This document shows, piece by piece, positions 33,842 to 43,421 of a stretch of 64,000 nucleotides of DNA. Source of the DNA: a virus; the IMG/VR virus record IMGVR_UViG_3300029893_000002. One strand, written 5' to 3'. The notes below the pieces were generated by a model. The model had not been told where the DNA came from. It did not search any database and saw only the letters and a list, made by a program, of their open reading frames with translations. Made by a program: the position numbers and the translations under genes. Position 1 is the first letter of the stretch; each line of letters starts with the position of its first letter.

Positions 33842-34359
33842 CGGAGCTCCTTGAGCAGCATGCGGGCGTCGAGGAAGGAGAAGTAGCCATCGCCCGCGAC
33901 GATGACGTGGTCCGCGATCGGGAGCCCCACCGCCGCCCCGAGCCGCTGGCACCGCTCGGTCAGCGCGACGTCCTCGGCGCTCGGCTCGGGTTGGCCGGAC
34001 GGGTGGTTGTGGCACATAACGACCTCCTTCGCACCGAGGACGAGGCCCGTCCGCAAAAGGATGCCGGGCTCGACGACCGCGGCGGTCTGGCCCCCGAGGG
34101 CCATCACGTAGATGCCTAGCACCTTGCCCGCCGGCCCGAGGTAGATCCCGTAGAGCGCCTCGCGATCGAGGTAGCCCGCGTCGGAGACGAGCTTGTGGAC
34201 GTCGCGCGAGCTCGTGATCTTGCGAACGGGGCGCCGCTTCCTCGGCCGAAGGACGACCACGCCGGACTCCATGTCCTCGTGAAAGTCGCGCCCGTCGGCG
34301 ACGATCTTCCAGTCGTCCGGGTTCGGGTAGATGCGCTCCTCGGTCTCGGGATAGCTCAC
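33838..34359 (-). CDS. radC: RadC-like JAB domain protein
   Basis: CHNHPSGQPEPSAEDVALT..IADHVIV..YFSF. Confidence 0.9.
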   Translation of the reverse strand: MSYPETEERIYPNPDDWKIVADGRDFHEDMESGVVVLRPRKRRPVRKITSSRDVHKLVSDAGYLDREALYGIYLGPAGKVLGIYVMALGGQTAAVVEPGILLRTGLVLGAKEVVMCHNHPSGQPEPSAEDVALTERCQRLGAAVGLPIADHVIVAGDGYFSFLDARMLLKELR

Positions 34360-34982
34360 CGAGTCCTCCGTCCGGGGCCGCGCACGGTCGCCCAGAAGAT
34401 GAGCCCGATCACGCCGACGATGAAGATCGGGACGAGCGTCTTCGGCCGGTAGAGGCCCGAGAGCTCGTCGATGATCCCGTCGGCCCACGCCGCATAGCCC
34501 GTGCGCGTGAAGTGAACACCGTCGGCGCGGTGGCCGCCGTAGGTGTGCCGGATGGAGTCGATCCACTCGACCCCCATCTGCGGGAGCACGCTCGACTGCC
34601 AGCTGGCGACCTTGCGGTGGTTTGCCTTCCACGGCTCCTTCGTCGCCGTCGCCGGCCCGAGCCAGATGACGCGCGCGCCCGTACGCTGGACGCGTCGGAC
34701 GAGCTCACCGAGCTGCCCGGCGTAGGCCTCGAGCGAGCGCGGCCAGTCGTTGCCGCCGAGCTCGATGATCACGACGTCGGCGCCGGCGCGCGCCGCCTTC
34801 GATGCGACGTTCCCCTCGGACAGGTAGCGGGCCGTCGACCAACCCGGGTTCGCCACGACGTCGACGACGCGCGCCCCGCGGCTACGAAGCCTTGCGGCGA
34901 GCAGCGGGCCGAGCACCTGCGAGTGCGAGTCGCCGACGATGAGCACCCGCTTGCCCGAAAGGGAAAAGCCGGCCGTGCTCAC
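34356..34982 (-). CDS. SGNH/GDSL hydrolase with C-terminal TM anchor
   Basis: VGDSH, GWST, LGGND, DGVH. Confidence 0.88.
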   Translation of the reverse strand: MSTAGFSLSGKRVLIVGDSHSQVLGPLLAARLRSRGARVVDVVANPGWSTARYLSEGNVASKAARAGADVVIIELGGNDWPRSLEAYAGQLGELVRRVQRTGARVIWLGPATATKEPWKANHRKVASWQSSVLPQMGVEWIDSIRHTYGGHRADGVHFTRTGYAAWADGIIDELSGLYRPKTLVPIFIVGVIGLIFWATVRGPGRRTR

Positions 34983-35659
34983 CGCGCGCTCCTCCGCTTC
35001 GTGTACCACCAGTAGCCGAGCGCGGCCGCGGCGCCGAGGAAGAGGACGACCCCCACGGCCGCCGCCGCGTCGCCTGGTCCCGCGACGCGGCCCTCGTGGT
35101 GGATCGTCACCTGGTCTGGCGCCCACCGCAGCGAGTCGGGCTCGGCGTAGTAGTGGTGGCCGCCCGACCGGTAGAGCAGCGTGTCGCTCGACTGCTGCCG
35201 GAGGGTCGATGCCGCGAAGTCGACCGCCCGCGGCACCGGATTCGGTAGCTTCGCCTGCGCCCAGTGGATCACGTCCTTCCGGAGCGATGCCGGAAGCTCG
35301 CTCCAGCCGATGGTCGCGAGGCGGCGCCGACGAGCGAGCTTGGCGGACGAGCAGTATTCGGTGCCCTCGTAGCGGCCGCCCGCACGGCAGAACTCCCCCG
35401 TCTCGCGCCAGCGCGGGTTGATGGGCTGGCTGTGGGCCTCGATGAGGCTCGCCAGCGTCCGGAACCGGCGGCTGTAGCCCGGCATCACGAACCGCTGGGT
35501 CCAGGTCCAAAGCGTCTTCGGCGCCTCGTGGACCCCTTCGCCGTAGGCCGCCCGCGCCGCCGTGAGGACGTCGTGGTCGGTGATCGTGTACCTGAGGCCG
35601 TCCTTCGTGACGATGGTGCCCCAGCTCCCCCGAGGAGCGGCCGCGCCGAGCGAGTACAT
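34979..35659 (-). CDS. Possible SleB/Hydrolase_2-like cell-wall hydrolase with C-terminal TM anchor
   Basis: AARAAYGEG, GGHHYY; hydrophobic tail then KRR. Confidence 0.55.
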   Translation of the reverse strand: MYSLGAAAPRGSWGTIVTKDGLRYTITDHDVLTAARAAYGEGVHEAPKTLWTWTQRFVMPGYSRRFRTLASLIEAHSQPINPRWRETGEFCRAGGRYEGTEYCSSAKLARRRRLATIGWSELPASLRKDVIHWAQAKLPNPVPRAVDFAASTLRQQSSDTLLYRSGGHHYYAEPDSLRWAPDQVTIHHEGRVAGPGDAAAAVGVVLFLGAAAALGYWWYTKRRSAR

Positions 35660-35666
35660 CGTCCCG

Positions 35667-35680
35667 CCATGGTACCATGG
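35667..35680. promoter_or_regulatory. Palindromic bidirectional extended -10 (CCATGGTACCATGG)
   Basis: TGGTACCAT on both strands, each followed closely by an ATG. Confidence 0.6.
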
Positions 35681-35685
35681 CTCGC

Positions 35686-35919
35686 ATGTACAGCCGCCCC
35701 TGCTGCCCACCCGGAACGAGCCCCCAGACCGAAGTGCGCCGGGCGGGCCCCGTCACCTACTGCCAGCCGCCGGCCGTCCCTCACCGGCCGTGCTGCGCCG
35801 CCTGCGTGCCGCCCATCGGCGAGACCGAGCAGGCGCTCGAGCGGCTCGGCTCGGGCGCCGCCCTCGGCGTCCTCCTCGTCGGCGGGGTTCTCGTCCTCCT
35901 CGCGCTCTCGGGCAGCTAA
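35686..35919 (+). CDS. Small Cys/Pro-rich protein with C-terminal TM
   Basis: MYSRPCC..PCCAAC..LGVLLVGGVLVLLAL. Confidence 0.6.
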   Translation: MYSRPCCPPGTSPQTEVRRAGPVTYCQPPAVPHRPCCAACVPPIGETEQALERLGSGAALGVLLVGGVLVLLALSGS

Positions 35920-36150
35920 CGCAGCGCGGGCCCGGGACGCGGCCGTACGCACCGCGCCCCGGGCCCTTCTCTTATGGAATCGTGTCTGCGGGAGGGGAGA
36001 GCCCGAAACTACGGCGCGGGGGCGCCGTCCGTCAAGGCCTCCTCGGTCCCATAGACAAGGGCCCGGGGTTGACTAGGCCCCGGGCCCTCGGATTGTGGAC
36101 TCCACACTCTAGGGAGAGTCTGCCGAACCTACCGGGGCATGCCGAACAGG

Positions 36151-37113
36151 TCAAGCCGGGATCGCCAGGGGGTTACTCGCCATCCCGCGGCCCACGGCGG
36201 CGCCGGCGAGCGGCTGCCAGCGGCCGTAGCCGTCGCGGTAGAAGGCCGCCTGGGCGAGGCGCACGGGGCCCGGCACGAGGACCTCGGGCTTCGTCGCGGC
36301 CTCGATCTCCGACGGAAATCCGTAGAGGTCGGCGCCCGGGGCACCGAAGCGCAGCTGCCACGCCTTGATGAGGCGCTTGACCGCGAGGTAGGCGTCCGAC
36401 CCCTCCTCGGCCCAGCGCGCGAGCTCCTCGAGATGCCGCTCGTCGGTCGGGACGAGGTCTCGTGAGGCCGCATAGATCGCCAGCCTGTGCGGATCGTCCT
36501 GGGGGACCTCCTGCGCCGGCATCCAGTTGCGAAACGCGCCGCAGAGCTCGGCGTAGAGCCCGAGAAGATCGGCGGCCGCATCGTCGTCGAACTGCGTTCC
36601 CGCCTGGGCCACCTCCTCGAGATCGACCTTCGCGTCGCCGACGGCGTAGATCTCGTCGAACTCGCACCCCTCTTCGTCCTCGTCCTCGTCGGCGATTCGA
36701 TGATCCTCCATGACGAGGACGTAGTCGGCGTTCAGGTCACGCACCCGAAATGCGAAGCCGTGCTCGTCGAAGATGCGCCACGCGTCGAATGCGAGCGCCG
36801 GCCGGCTGTCGCGGTAGCCCTGCTGATCGAACTTCGAGTAGACGTTGCATGGCGAAAAGAAGGCGTAGCGGTGATCGCCCGCGAGCCGGTCGCGCTTGAA
36901 GAGCAGGCTCGACTCCCAGTCCTCGCCGCCCCAGGCACCCTCCGGATCGGCCTCGATCATCCGGCGCGGCATGAGCGTTCCGCCGCCCTCCATCAGATCG
37001 AGCATTTGCTCCTGGCCGAGCGGCCCGGGGGGTAGCGTCGTCAGCACGTGGAAGAGGAGCGGACGCTCCTCACTGAACGGAAGCCCCTCGCGGCCGATGC
37101 GCTCGTACCTCAT
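36151..37113 (-). CDS. Acidic hypothetical protein, possible ART-fold
   Basis: LFHV..GGTLMP..YAFFS; ATGA coupling. Confidence 0.7.
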   Translation of the reverse strand: MRYERIGREGLPFSEERPLLFHVLTTLPPGPLGQEQMLDLMEGGGTLMPRRMIEADPEGAWGGEDWESSLLFKRDRLAGDHRYAFFSPCNVYSKFDQQGYRDSRPALAFDAWRIFDEHGFAFRVRDLNADYVLVMEDHRIADEDEDEEGCEFDEIYAVGDAKVDLEEVAQAGTQFDDDAAADLLGLYAELCGAFRNWMPAQEVPQDDPHRLAIYAASRDLVPTDERHLEELARWAEEGSDAYLAVKRLIKAWQLRFGAPGADLYGFPSEIEAATKPEVLVPGPVRLAQAAFYRDGYGRWQPLAGAAVGRGMASNPLAIPA

Positions 37114-37661
37114 TGCAGCCGGAGCGCGGCCGCCGCCCGAGCCCGGACTCCGTCCAGCCCCCACAGGCGCGGCTCGCGGTGGTTACTGCGGCCGAGGCCG
37201 GTGCAGTCCTCGTAGAAGTGGATCGCGCCGTGAAGGAGCGTCCGCTGCCAGCCCCAGTCGGCGAGCTTGCTCTCGTGGATCGTGACGAGCGGGATGCTGC
37301 TACCGCCGAGAAACTCCTGGTCGCCCCAGCAGTGCGGCCAGCTGCCCCAGCAGTGGTTCGTGTAGCACTCGCCCGCGCACGCGTTCGGGCAGTCGTTGCT
37401 CGCCCGGTAGCCGGGGCAATGGCCAGGCGCGCAGTAGCCGGGGCACGTCCGGACGAACTGCGCGTCATCGAGGACGGCGATCCGAAACCGTCTCTTTTCT
37501 TCCTCGCACCGCTCGCCGACCGCCGGTAGCGTCGTGTCGCCACGCCAGGCGGTCTCGACCGCGGCGAGCGTGTCGGCGTCGTCCCGGTTCGGATGGTAGG
37601 AGGGGCTCGGTAGCGTCCGGCCGCAGCCGGCGACGAGGGCGACGAGAAGGAGCCAGCGCAT
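37110..37661 (-). CDS. Putative lipoprotein, Cys-rich, degenerate zincin-like HGAIH
   Basis: Lipobox LVAGC. Confidence 0.7.
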   Translation of the reverse strand: MRWLLLVALVAGCGRTLPSPSYHPNRDDADTLAAVETAWRGDTTLPAVGERCEEEKRRFRIAVLDDAQFVRTCPGYCAPGHCPGYRASNDCPNACAGECYTNHCWGSWPHCWGDQEFLGGSSIPLVTIHESKLADWGWQRTLLHGAIHFYEDCTGLGRSNHREPRLWGLDGVRARAAAALRLQ

Positions 37662-37678
37662 ACCCGGCTAGGATACCA

Positions 37679-38368
37679 TCAGCCCCACTCGATTCGCTCG
37701 CCGTCGATCTCCCTGATCCAGTCGGGCGGGATGAGGCCCGGGTAGCAGAACTGGTGGTCGCCGACCTTCAAGTCCGCGTCGTCCTCGTCCATGAGGAGAT
37801 GGTCCCAGGGGACGATGAGCCGGAGGACGACGGGGCGGCCGCCCCACTTCGAGGCCGCCACCTTCGCATAGAACTCGGCCGTCCCTCCGCCCTGGAGGAA
37901 GCTTTCGTAGCCGAGCGCGGTCAGGTAGACACAGCCCGGAGTCGCCTCGTCCCACGTGCGCTCTTCGACGGCCGGGTCGAGGCCGTCCGAAAGGATCCGC
38001 TCGAGCAGCGCCGAGCTCGTCCCGTGGTAGACCCATACGCTCTTGCCCGCGAGCCGGCGTGCTTGCGCCCAGGCGGGTGCATCCTCGTCGATGATCTCGG
38101 CCTGACTGTCCCAGGCGGCCTGCTCCGCCTCCACGGCCTCCGCCTCGGCGTACGCCGCGGCGAGCGCGCGGTAGCGGGCGGTCTCCCGCTCGAGCACGCT
38201 TCGGGCCTCCTCCCAATCGTCCTCCTCGAGCGCGCTGTAGAGCGAGCGCCAGAGAATCCGTCCCGGGGCCTCGGCCGCCGCGCGCGCCTCGACGAAGGCC
38301 TCGAGCACCTCGCGCCGCTCCTTCGGCAGCCGAGCCTCCCGACGACGGTCGCGCCTGCCATGGGCCAT
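37679..38368 (-). CDS. ART-fold (Tpt1/KptA- or PARP-like) protein
   Basis: VYHGT..ILSDGLDP..VYLT..AEFYA..VVLR..G.IPPDWI. Confidence 0.75.
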   Translation of the reverse strand: MAHGRRDRRREARLPKERREVLEAFVEARAAAEAPGRILWRSLYSALEEDDWEEARSVLERETARYRALAAAYAEAEAVEAEQAAWDSQAEIIDEDAPAWAQARRLAGKSVWVYHGTSSALLERILSDGLDPAVEERTWDEATPGCVYLTALGYESFLQGGGTAEFYAKVAASKWGGRPVVLRLIVPWDHLLMDEDDADLKVGDHQFCYPGLIPPDWIREIDGERIEWG

Positions 38369-38389
38369 GGCCCATCATACCACCCGGTT

Positions 38390-39175
38390 CTACTCGGCGG
38401 CCGCCGCGGCACCCCAGAAAAACTCGTGGAGCTTCACGAACGCGCGCTTCTGGATCTGGTGGACGCGCTGCTTGCTGATGCCGAGCTCCTGCGCCAGCTC
38501 CTCGCAGAGCGCCGCCTCCTCGGTGAGAAAGCGCTGCTCGATGATGCGCCGCTCGCGCTCGTCGAGGACCGAGAGCGCTTGATCGACCTCGTCGCGCGCG
38601 TGCAGCAGCTCCTCGTAGCGCTCACACAGCGCGTCCGGCGCCGGCACCTCCGCCGCCACGTGATCAACCATTTCCCCGCCGGCGTCGTACCCGCGCCGGT
38701 AGACGAGAACGCGCTCGACGTCGGCGAGCTTTGCATCGGTGCCGATGCGCTCGGCAAGGGCCTCGACCGAGGGCTCCTCGCCGTTTTCGGCGATGAGGCT
38801 GTCGAGCGCCCGGCCGAGCCTCGTCTGCGTCACGCGCACCGAGCGGCTCGCCGGCAGGTTCACGATGCGCCGGTTCTTCTGGAGCCAGCGGATGGTGTAG
38901 GCCTTGGCCCACCACCTCGCGTACGTCTGAAATCGGAACCCGCGGGATGGGTCGAACTTGCGGAGGGCGTGCATGATCCCGAGCATCGCCTCCTGCAGGG
39001 CGTCGTCGAACGAGGCGGTGCCGCGCCGGGCGACGCGCGCCGCGGCGCCCTCGGCAAGGAGCCGGAACCGGTAGACGATCTCGTCCTCGGCGCGCTTGTC
39101 TCCCGCCTTCGCGCGCTCGAAGAGAGCGCGCTCCTCGAGCGGCTGGAGCGGCGTGTACGGCTCGGTCGTCGTCAC
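38390..39175 (-). CDS. RNA polymerase sigma-70 family factor
   Basis: DALQEAMLG..KFDPSRGFRFQTYARWW (region 2); ELGISKQRVHQIQKRA (region 4). Confidence 0.93.
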   Translation of the reverse strand: MTTTEPYTPLQPLEERALFERAKAGDKRAEDEIVYRFRLLAEGAAARVARRGTASFDDALQEAMLGIMHALRKFDPSRGFRFQTYARWWAKAYTIRWLQKNRRIVNLPASRSVRVTQTRLGRALDSLIAENGEEPSVEALAERIGTDAKLADVERVLVYRRGYDAGGEMVDHVAAEVPAPDALCERYEELLHARDEVDQALSVLDERERRIIEQRFLTEEAALCEELAQELGISKQRVHQIQKRAFVKLHEFFWGAAAAAE

Positions 39176-39179
39176 GGTT

Positions 39180-39863
39180 CTACGCGTCAGGACGCTTCGT
39201 CGTGTCGTGGATGGCGGCGTCGAGGGCGTCGGCGAGCGTCATGCCGCAACCGCTCTTCTCCGTCTTGTCGAATTCGATGAACGTCGCCGCAAATCCGTGC
39301 TCGCCCGTGGGTCGCCCTGTGATTCGGTCGTGGATGGGCCGCGCATCGAACCGTACCGACCGCTCGGTCTTTTCGGGCGTGTCCGCGAGAAAGGCCTCGA
39401 CCTGCTTGAGAAGCTCCGCCTCCCGGCGAACCACGGGGCCGAACGCATACTTCGCAAGCGCCTCGATCCCCTCCTGCGCACGAACGGCCCACTCCCTGGG
39501 TTCCTTGTCGTTTGGACCCGGAAAGATCGAGACCGTATAGAGCCGGTCGTCCGCATCCCAGTCCGGAGTGCCCGTCCACCGATCGAGCGGTGGGGCGTAC
39601 CGAAGCCGGATCGTCCGCGGGTTCGCAAGCGTCGTCCCCGGCTTCGGCAGCAGCATCCGCTCCGCACGCACGAGCGCCGTCATTGCCGTCAGCTTCTCGT
39701 AGGGACCGTCCGCGTCCCGGCCGACCGTTCGTTCGACGAGGCGGTCCACTTCGAGCTCGAGTAGAACCGGCCATGAGCCGGGGCGAGCGTTGCCCCGCGG
39801 CCGCCAGCGCGTCCCTCGCGTGTCTGCCAGCCGCTCGAACAGCTCTCGGTATTCGTCCACCAT
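39180..39863 (-). CDS. Hypothetical protein
   Basis: In operon order; SD present. Confidence 0.7.
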   Translation of the reverse strand: MVDEYRELFERLADTRGTRWRPRGNARPGSWPVLLELEVDRLVERTVGRDADGPYEKLTAMTALVRAERMLLPKPGTTLANPRTIRLRYAPPLDRWTGTPDWDADDRLYTVSIFPGPNDKEPREWAVRAQEGIEALAKYAFGPVVRREAELLKQVEAFLADTPEKTERSVRFDARPIHDRITGRPTGEHGFAATFIEFDKTEKSGCGMTLADALDAAIHDTTKRPDA

Positions 39864-39872
39864 CGCCTCCCC

Positions 39873-40763
39873 TCAGTCGCCTGGCCGCCCCACCCACAGC
39901 CCGTGCTTGACGCCCAGATTGTACGGCAGCCGAAAGCCGTCGCTGCCGCACGCGGCCGTCGCCTCGTCGACCGCCGCGCGGTTCTTGATGGCGGCGACGG
40001 TGATCGGGCCCGGGATACCATCGGCCAGCTCGTCGAGCCCGAGGCCGATCTGACGCTCCTGCCACACCTCGAGATCCTGCTCCGCACTGGCCGAGAAAAA
40101 CTCGTAGCCGGCCTTCTCGAAGAGCTCCCAGATCGCGTCGCCCGGGTCGCCCGGGCCGCGGTTGCGCGTCGCGTTCCGGTGGCCGAAGACGCCGACAAAG
40201 TCCGCGCCCGACCGGCCGCCCGGGGCGTAGGCGAGCTCCTGCGACCTGGTGCGCCCCCGGTTCCTGCGCGCGAAGCGCTTGAGAATGGCCCGCTCGTCTC
40301 TGGCGACGCACTGGCGCTGGATGCCGAGCTCGCGCGTCAGCACATCGACGATCTTCACGGTCGTCTCGAGCGTGGGCAGCGTGATCGTCCCGTCGGAGGT
40401 CTGGTACATCTCGATGCCGACGCTGTAGAGGTTGCACTGGCCCGCGTGGTAGGCCTTGACCGCCTTCACGTCGAGGTGGCACGCGAACGACCCGTCCGCA
40501 TCGACGCTCACGTGCCAGCTGGCGGTTCGCGAGTCGCCGCTGACGCGCGCGCCGACGAGCTCGTCCCAGCGCCGGTCGCGCGGGTTCGGGTCGATCTTCT
40601 GAGGATGGATGCCGAGCCGGCTGTGGATGGTGATGTTCCGGACCCAGTCGATGGCCCGCGGCGCCGAGTCCCGCTTGTCGCTCATCGCGACCCGCGGGTT
40701 GTCGAGGAAGCTGGTTCCCTCGACCCCCGGCACTTCGACCTTCCTTCCCTCGATTACGAGCAT
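39873..40763 (-). CDS. N-acetylmuramoyl-L-alanine amidase (endolysin-like)
   Basis: ITIH, SWHVSVD.DG, AYHAG..N.YSVGIE, GHR; C-terminal DGIPGP.T binding motif. Confidence 0.85.
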   Translation of the reverse strand: MLVIEGRKVEVPGVEGTSFLDNPRVAMSDKRDSAPRAIDWVRNITIHSRLGIHPQKIDPNPRDRRWDELVGARVSGDSRTASWHVSVDADGSFACHLDVKAVKAYHAGQCNLYSVGIEMYQTSDGTITLPTLETTVKIVDVLTRELGIQRQCVARDERAILKRFARRNRGRTRSQELAYAPGGRSGADFVGVFGHRNATRNRGPGDPGDAIWELFEKAGYEFFSASAEQDLEVWQERQIGLGLDELADGIPGPITVAAIKNRAAVDEATAACGSDGFRLPYNLGVKHGLWVGRPGD

Positions 40764-40773
40764 CGTGTCCCTC

Positions 40774-41160
40774 CTACGGTCCGAACGTCACGAGGTCCTC
40801 GGTCGATGCGGCCCTCGCCTTGAGAAGCGCCCAGGCGCGACCGGCCGCGTCGTCCATGCTCTCTTCGCTCGTCGCCTTGACGCTCAGCGCGAAGAGCCGA
40901 CTGCCGTGGCTCGCTCGCTTGTCCTCCCAGAGGAGCGTGATCACGTAGACGCGCCTGCCCTCCGGAAACGCCGAGCCCATGAGCATCGCGCGGTACTCGT
41001 GCCGGGTTCCGGCTTCGATCCAGGCGTTGAGATCGGCGACCGTCAGGGCTTCGCGATCGATGACGTACGCGCCAGTGCGCCCCGCCCTGCGGTCCTCGTC
41101 CGAGATCATTCGCTCCATCCCGTCGCCCCCTCCCTTGCCTTGCATTGTGGCGTGGTCCAC
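40774..41160 (-). CDS. Hypothetical protein
   Basis: Downstream of a GGTAGAGT motif; start uncertain. Confidence 0.55.
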   Translation of the reverse strand: MDHATMQGKGGGDGMERMISDEDRRAGRTGAYVIDREALTVADLNAWIEAGTRHEYRAMLMGSAFPEGRRVYVITLLWEDKRASHGSRLFALSVKATSEESMDDAAGRAWALLKARAASTEDLVTFGP

Positions 41161-41190
41161 TCTACCCGGGTCCGCTCTCGGGAGGCAACC

Positions 41191-41637
41191 ATGTCACGGG
41201 CCAAGCGGCAGCCCCGCCGCGGCAAGACCATCACCGTTTTCGTCAACGCCGAGGACCTCGGTAACGTCCGGTGGAGCGTCTACTACTCGCCCGACATGAC
41301 CCCCGGCGACGTCCGCCGGATCTGTGGGCTCGGCGCCCGCAACTACAACGTGAAGAGGCTCGACGCAAACGAGACCCACGAAATCGAGCGGCCCGTCGGC
41401 TCGAACGAGGACGGCTCGGCGAAGATGGAGAAGGTCAGCTACCCGGACAAGATCCTCGTCGACGGCAAGTACCGCAAGATCTTCACAAGCCTCGACAAGA
41501 TTCTCACCCAGAACCTCCTCACCGTGATCGCCCGGGCCTTCAACCCGCGGCCCGAGGACGTCGAGGAAACGACCCGCATCCACGGCCGGCGCGAGCCCGA
41601 GCCCGACGGGGCGCCCCCTTCGCCGGGGGCCGCATGA
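41191..41637 (+). CDS. Hypothetical protein
   Basis: GGAGG SD; ATGA coupling. Confidence 0.75.
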   Translation: MSRAKRQPRRGKTITVFVNAEDLGNVRWSVYYSPDMTPGDVRRICGLGARNYNVKRLDANETHEIERPVGSNEDGSAKMEKVSYPDKILVDGKYRKIFTSLDKILTQNLLTVIARAFNPRPEDVEETTRIHGRREPEPDGAPPSPGAA

Positions 41638-42617
41638 TCCCCTTCCGCACCGTCGAGGACGAGTCCCGCTACGTCGCGCTGACGACCGAGATCTACCTCC
41701 GGCTCGCCGCGACGCTCGGGCGCCACGATCCGGTCGCCGTGAGCGAGATCCTCCGAAACCTCGCGAAGCTCGAGGCCATGGCCTACAGCGAGGGCATCCG
41801 GCAGGGCGTCGCCGCCGAGGCGATCCGCGCCGCGTCGCCCGCAGTCCCGGGCACCGCCATGGAGATCCACCGGGCCATCTACGCCGACGCCGACACCCCG
41901 CTCTGCCGCGTCGAGGAGAGCGGCATCGCCCACCCGGCCCTCGAGCCGGCGCCGATGACCTTCCAGCCGCTCACGCTCGAGGAGGCGAGGGCGCAGTACC
42001 CGGCCGTCGGCCGCTACCGGGAGCGGCCAGCGGTGAATGCCGACGCTCCCGCCGAGCGCCCGGTCCCAAACGAGCAGGTTCTCTTCCGGACCGTGCTCGA
42101 TCGCTACCTTTCGATGACGTCCGAGGACGAGCCTGCAGGTGCGGAGGCCATCGCCGAGCTCGACCTCGGCGCGCCGTGCCCTGGCTGCGCAGAGGCCGCT
42201 TCGCAGGACGACGAGCGGCACCTCTTTTCCGACCGCTGCGTCTGGCGCAGGACCGACGAGGGGACCGTCCAGGTCGACCCGGCAAGCGTCCTCTTCGGGG
42301 CGCCCTCCTTCGTCGCGGGCGAGATCGAGGCCGAGGGCTCGCCGGCGCTCGTCGAGCGGATCCGGACCGTGCTCGAGCACCTCCTCCAGACCGGATGGCG
42401 CCCGAAGGGATGGGAGGACACCGTCCTCATGATCCACCAGACGAGCCAGATGGCCGCCGACGTCATCGACGCCGAGCTCGCGACCGCGCAGGGCCGCGCC
42501 CTTCTCGGCCAGCTGGGGCTCCACCACGTCCAGCCCCGATCGGCCGCCGAGACGGGCTACGAGTTGGTCGAGCCGCCCCCCGCGGGGTACGCTCGAAACG
42601 ATCCGACACGGGGGTGA
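41634..42617 (+). CDS. Hypothetical protein
   Basis: ATGA coupling; stop lies within the tmRNA 5' end. Confidence 0.75.
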   Translation: MIPFRTVEDESRYVALTTEIYLRLAATLGRHDPVAVSEILRNLAKLEAMAYSEGIRQGVAAEAIRAASPAVPGTAMEIHRAIYADADTPLCRVEESGIAHPALEPAPMTFQPLTLEEARAQYPAVGRYRERPAVNADAPAERPVPNEQVLFRTVLDRYLSMTSEDEPAGAEAIAELDLGAPCPGCAEAASQDDERHLFSDRCVWRRTDEGTVQVDPASVLFGAPSFVAGEIEAEGSPALVERIRTVLEHLLQTGWRPKGWEDTVLMIHQTSQMAADVIDAELATAQGRALLGQLGLHHVQPRSAAETGYELVEPPPAGYARNDPTRG

Positions 42618-42994
42618 ACAGGCTTCGACAGGTAGGGGAACGCGAACAAGCTGCGTGTCCCGGTCGGTCCGTCACCGGGTTACCAAGGCGGCCAACCCAC
42701 AAACGCCAACGACAACGGCAACCTCGCGCAGGCAGCTGCGTGAGCGTCCCGGCGGCCGATGCCTGGTAGGCCGCCGGGGCGACGGTCACCAGGCTAGGGC
42801 GCGTCCGGTTCCCGCTCTCCGGGCCGCCCAAAGCTAGAAGCGGGTGGTGGAGGGCGCGCTGGGTCACACCAGTCGCCCCCAGGTGAGCCGCTCCGGCACG
42901 GGGACACCTCAACACCCCCGAACAGGAGCTACGCACGTAGAGGCCTTCGCGCGATCCTGTCTGGACCCGGGTTCGACTCCCGGCACCTCCACCA
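42610..42994 (+). ncRNA. ssrA: tmRNA, tag peptide ANDNGNLAQAAA
   Basis: 5' GGGGGTG..TTCGAC; G3.U70 acceptor with CACCTCC-ACCA; T arm; tag ORF GCCAACGACAAC..TGA. Confidence 0.95.
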
Positions 42995-43016
42995 ACGACG
43001 TAAGGGGTAACGGCAC

Positions 43017-43421
43017 ATGCTTCTCACCAATGTCACGCCCGCAGCGTGGACATGGCTCTTGGGCCGCCACGGCGAGCGCGCGGTTCGGCTGTCATCGAGC
43101 GATCGACTCTTCCATGTCGAGCTCACCTTCGGTCCCGCCGGCTGCTGGCGCGTTCGCGCCGAGAGCGACAAACACTGGGACGAGGCGATCGAGCGGGCGC
43201 TCGAAAAGCTCGCGGTCTGCCTTCGGTGCGGCAAGTCCGTTCCGTTTTACGAGGGGGTGTGCTCGGCCTACTGCCTCGAGACCCTCGCGGAGGACTTCGT
43301 TCACAAGAGGTCTCGGCTTCTCTCCCACGGGCTCGATCCCGATCGCGTCTGGAACATGGCGACCGATGAGCTGCTCGAGGAGGCCGACCGGAGCGAGAGG
43401 CGCGCGAGGCCAGTCGGATGA
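43017..43421 (+). CDS. Hypothetical protein with CxxC pairs
   Basis: CLRCG..CSAYC. Confidence 0.65.
   Translation: MLLTNVTPAAWTWLLGRHGERAVRLSSSDRLFHVELTFGPAGCWRVRAESDKHWDEAIERALEKLAVCLRCGKSVPFYEGVCSAYCLETLAEDFVHKRSRLLSHGLDPDRVWNMATDELLEEADRSERRARPVG

Noticed and set aside
36020-36100. HDV-like ribozyme
   Set aside because: The CCTCCTCG loop and P2/P4-like helices resemble one, but P3 register, P1 and the P1.1 GG do not fit the canonical fold.
38390-39175. Sigma factor as partner of the dead effector (dCas12f-sigmaE-type activation)
   Set aside because: It lies 6.5 kb away with unrelated genes between and looks like a group 2/3 sigma-70, not ECF; no direct support.
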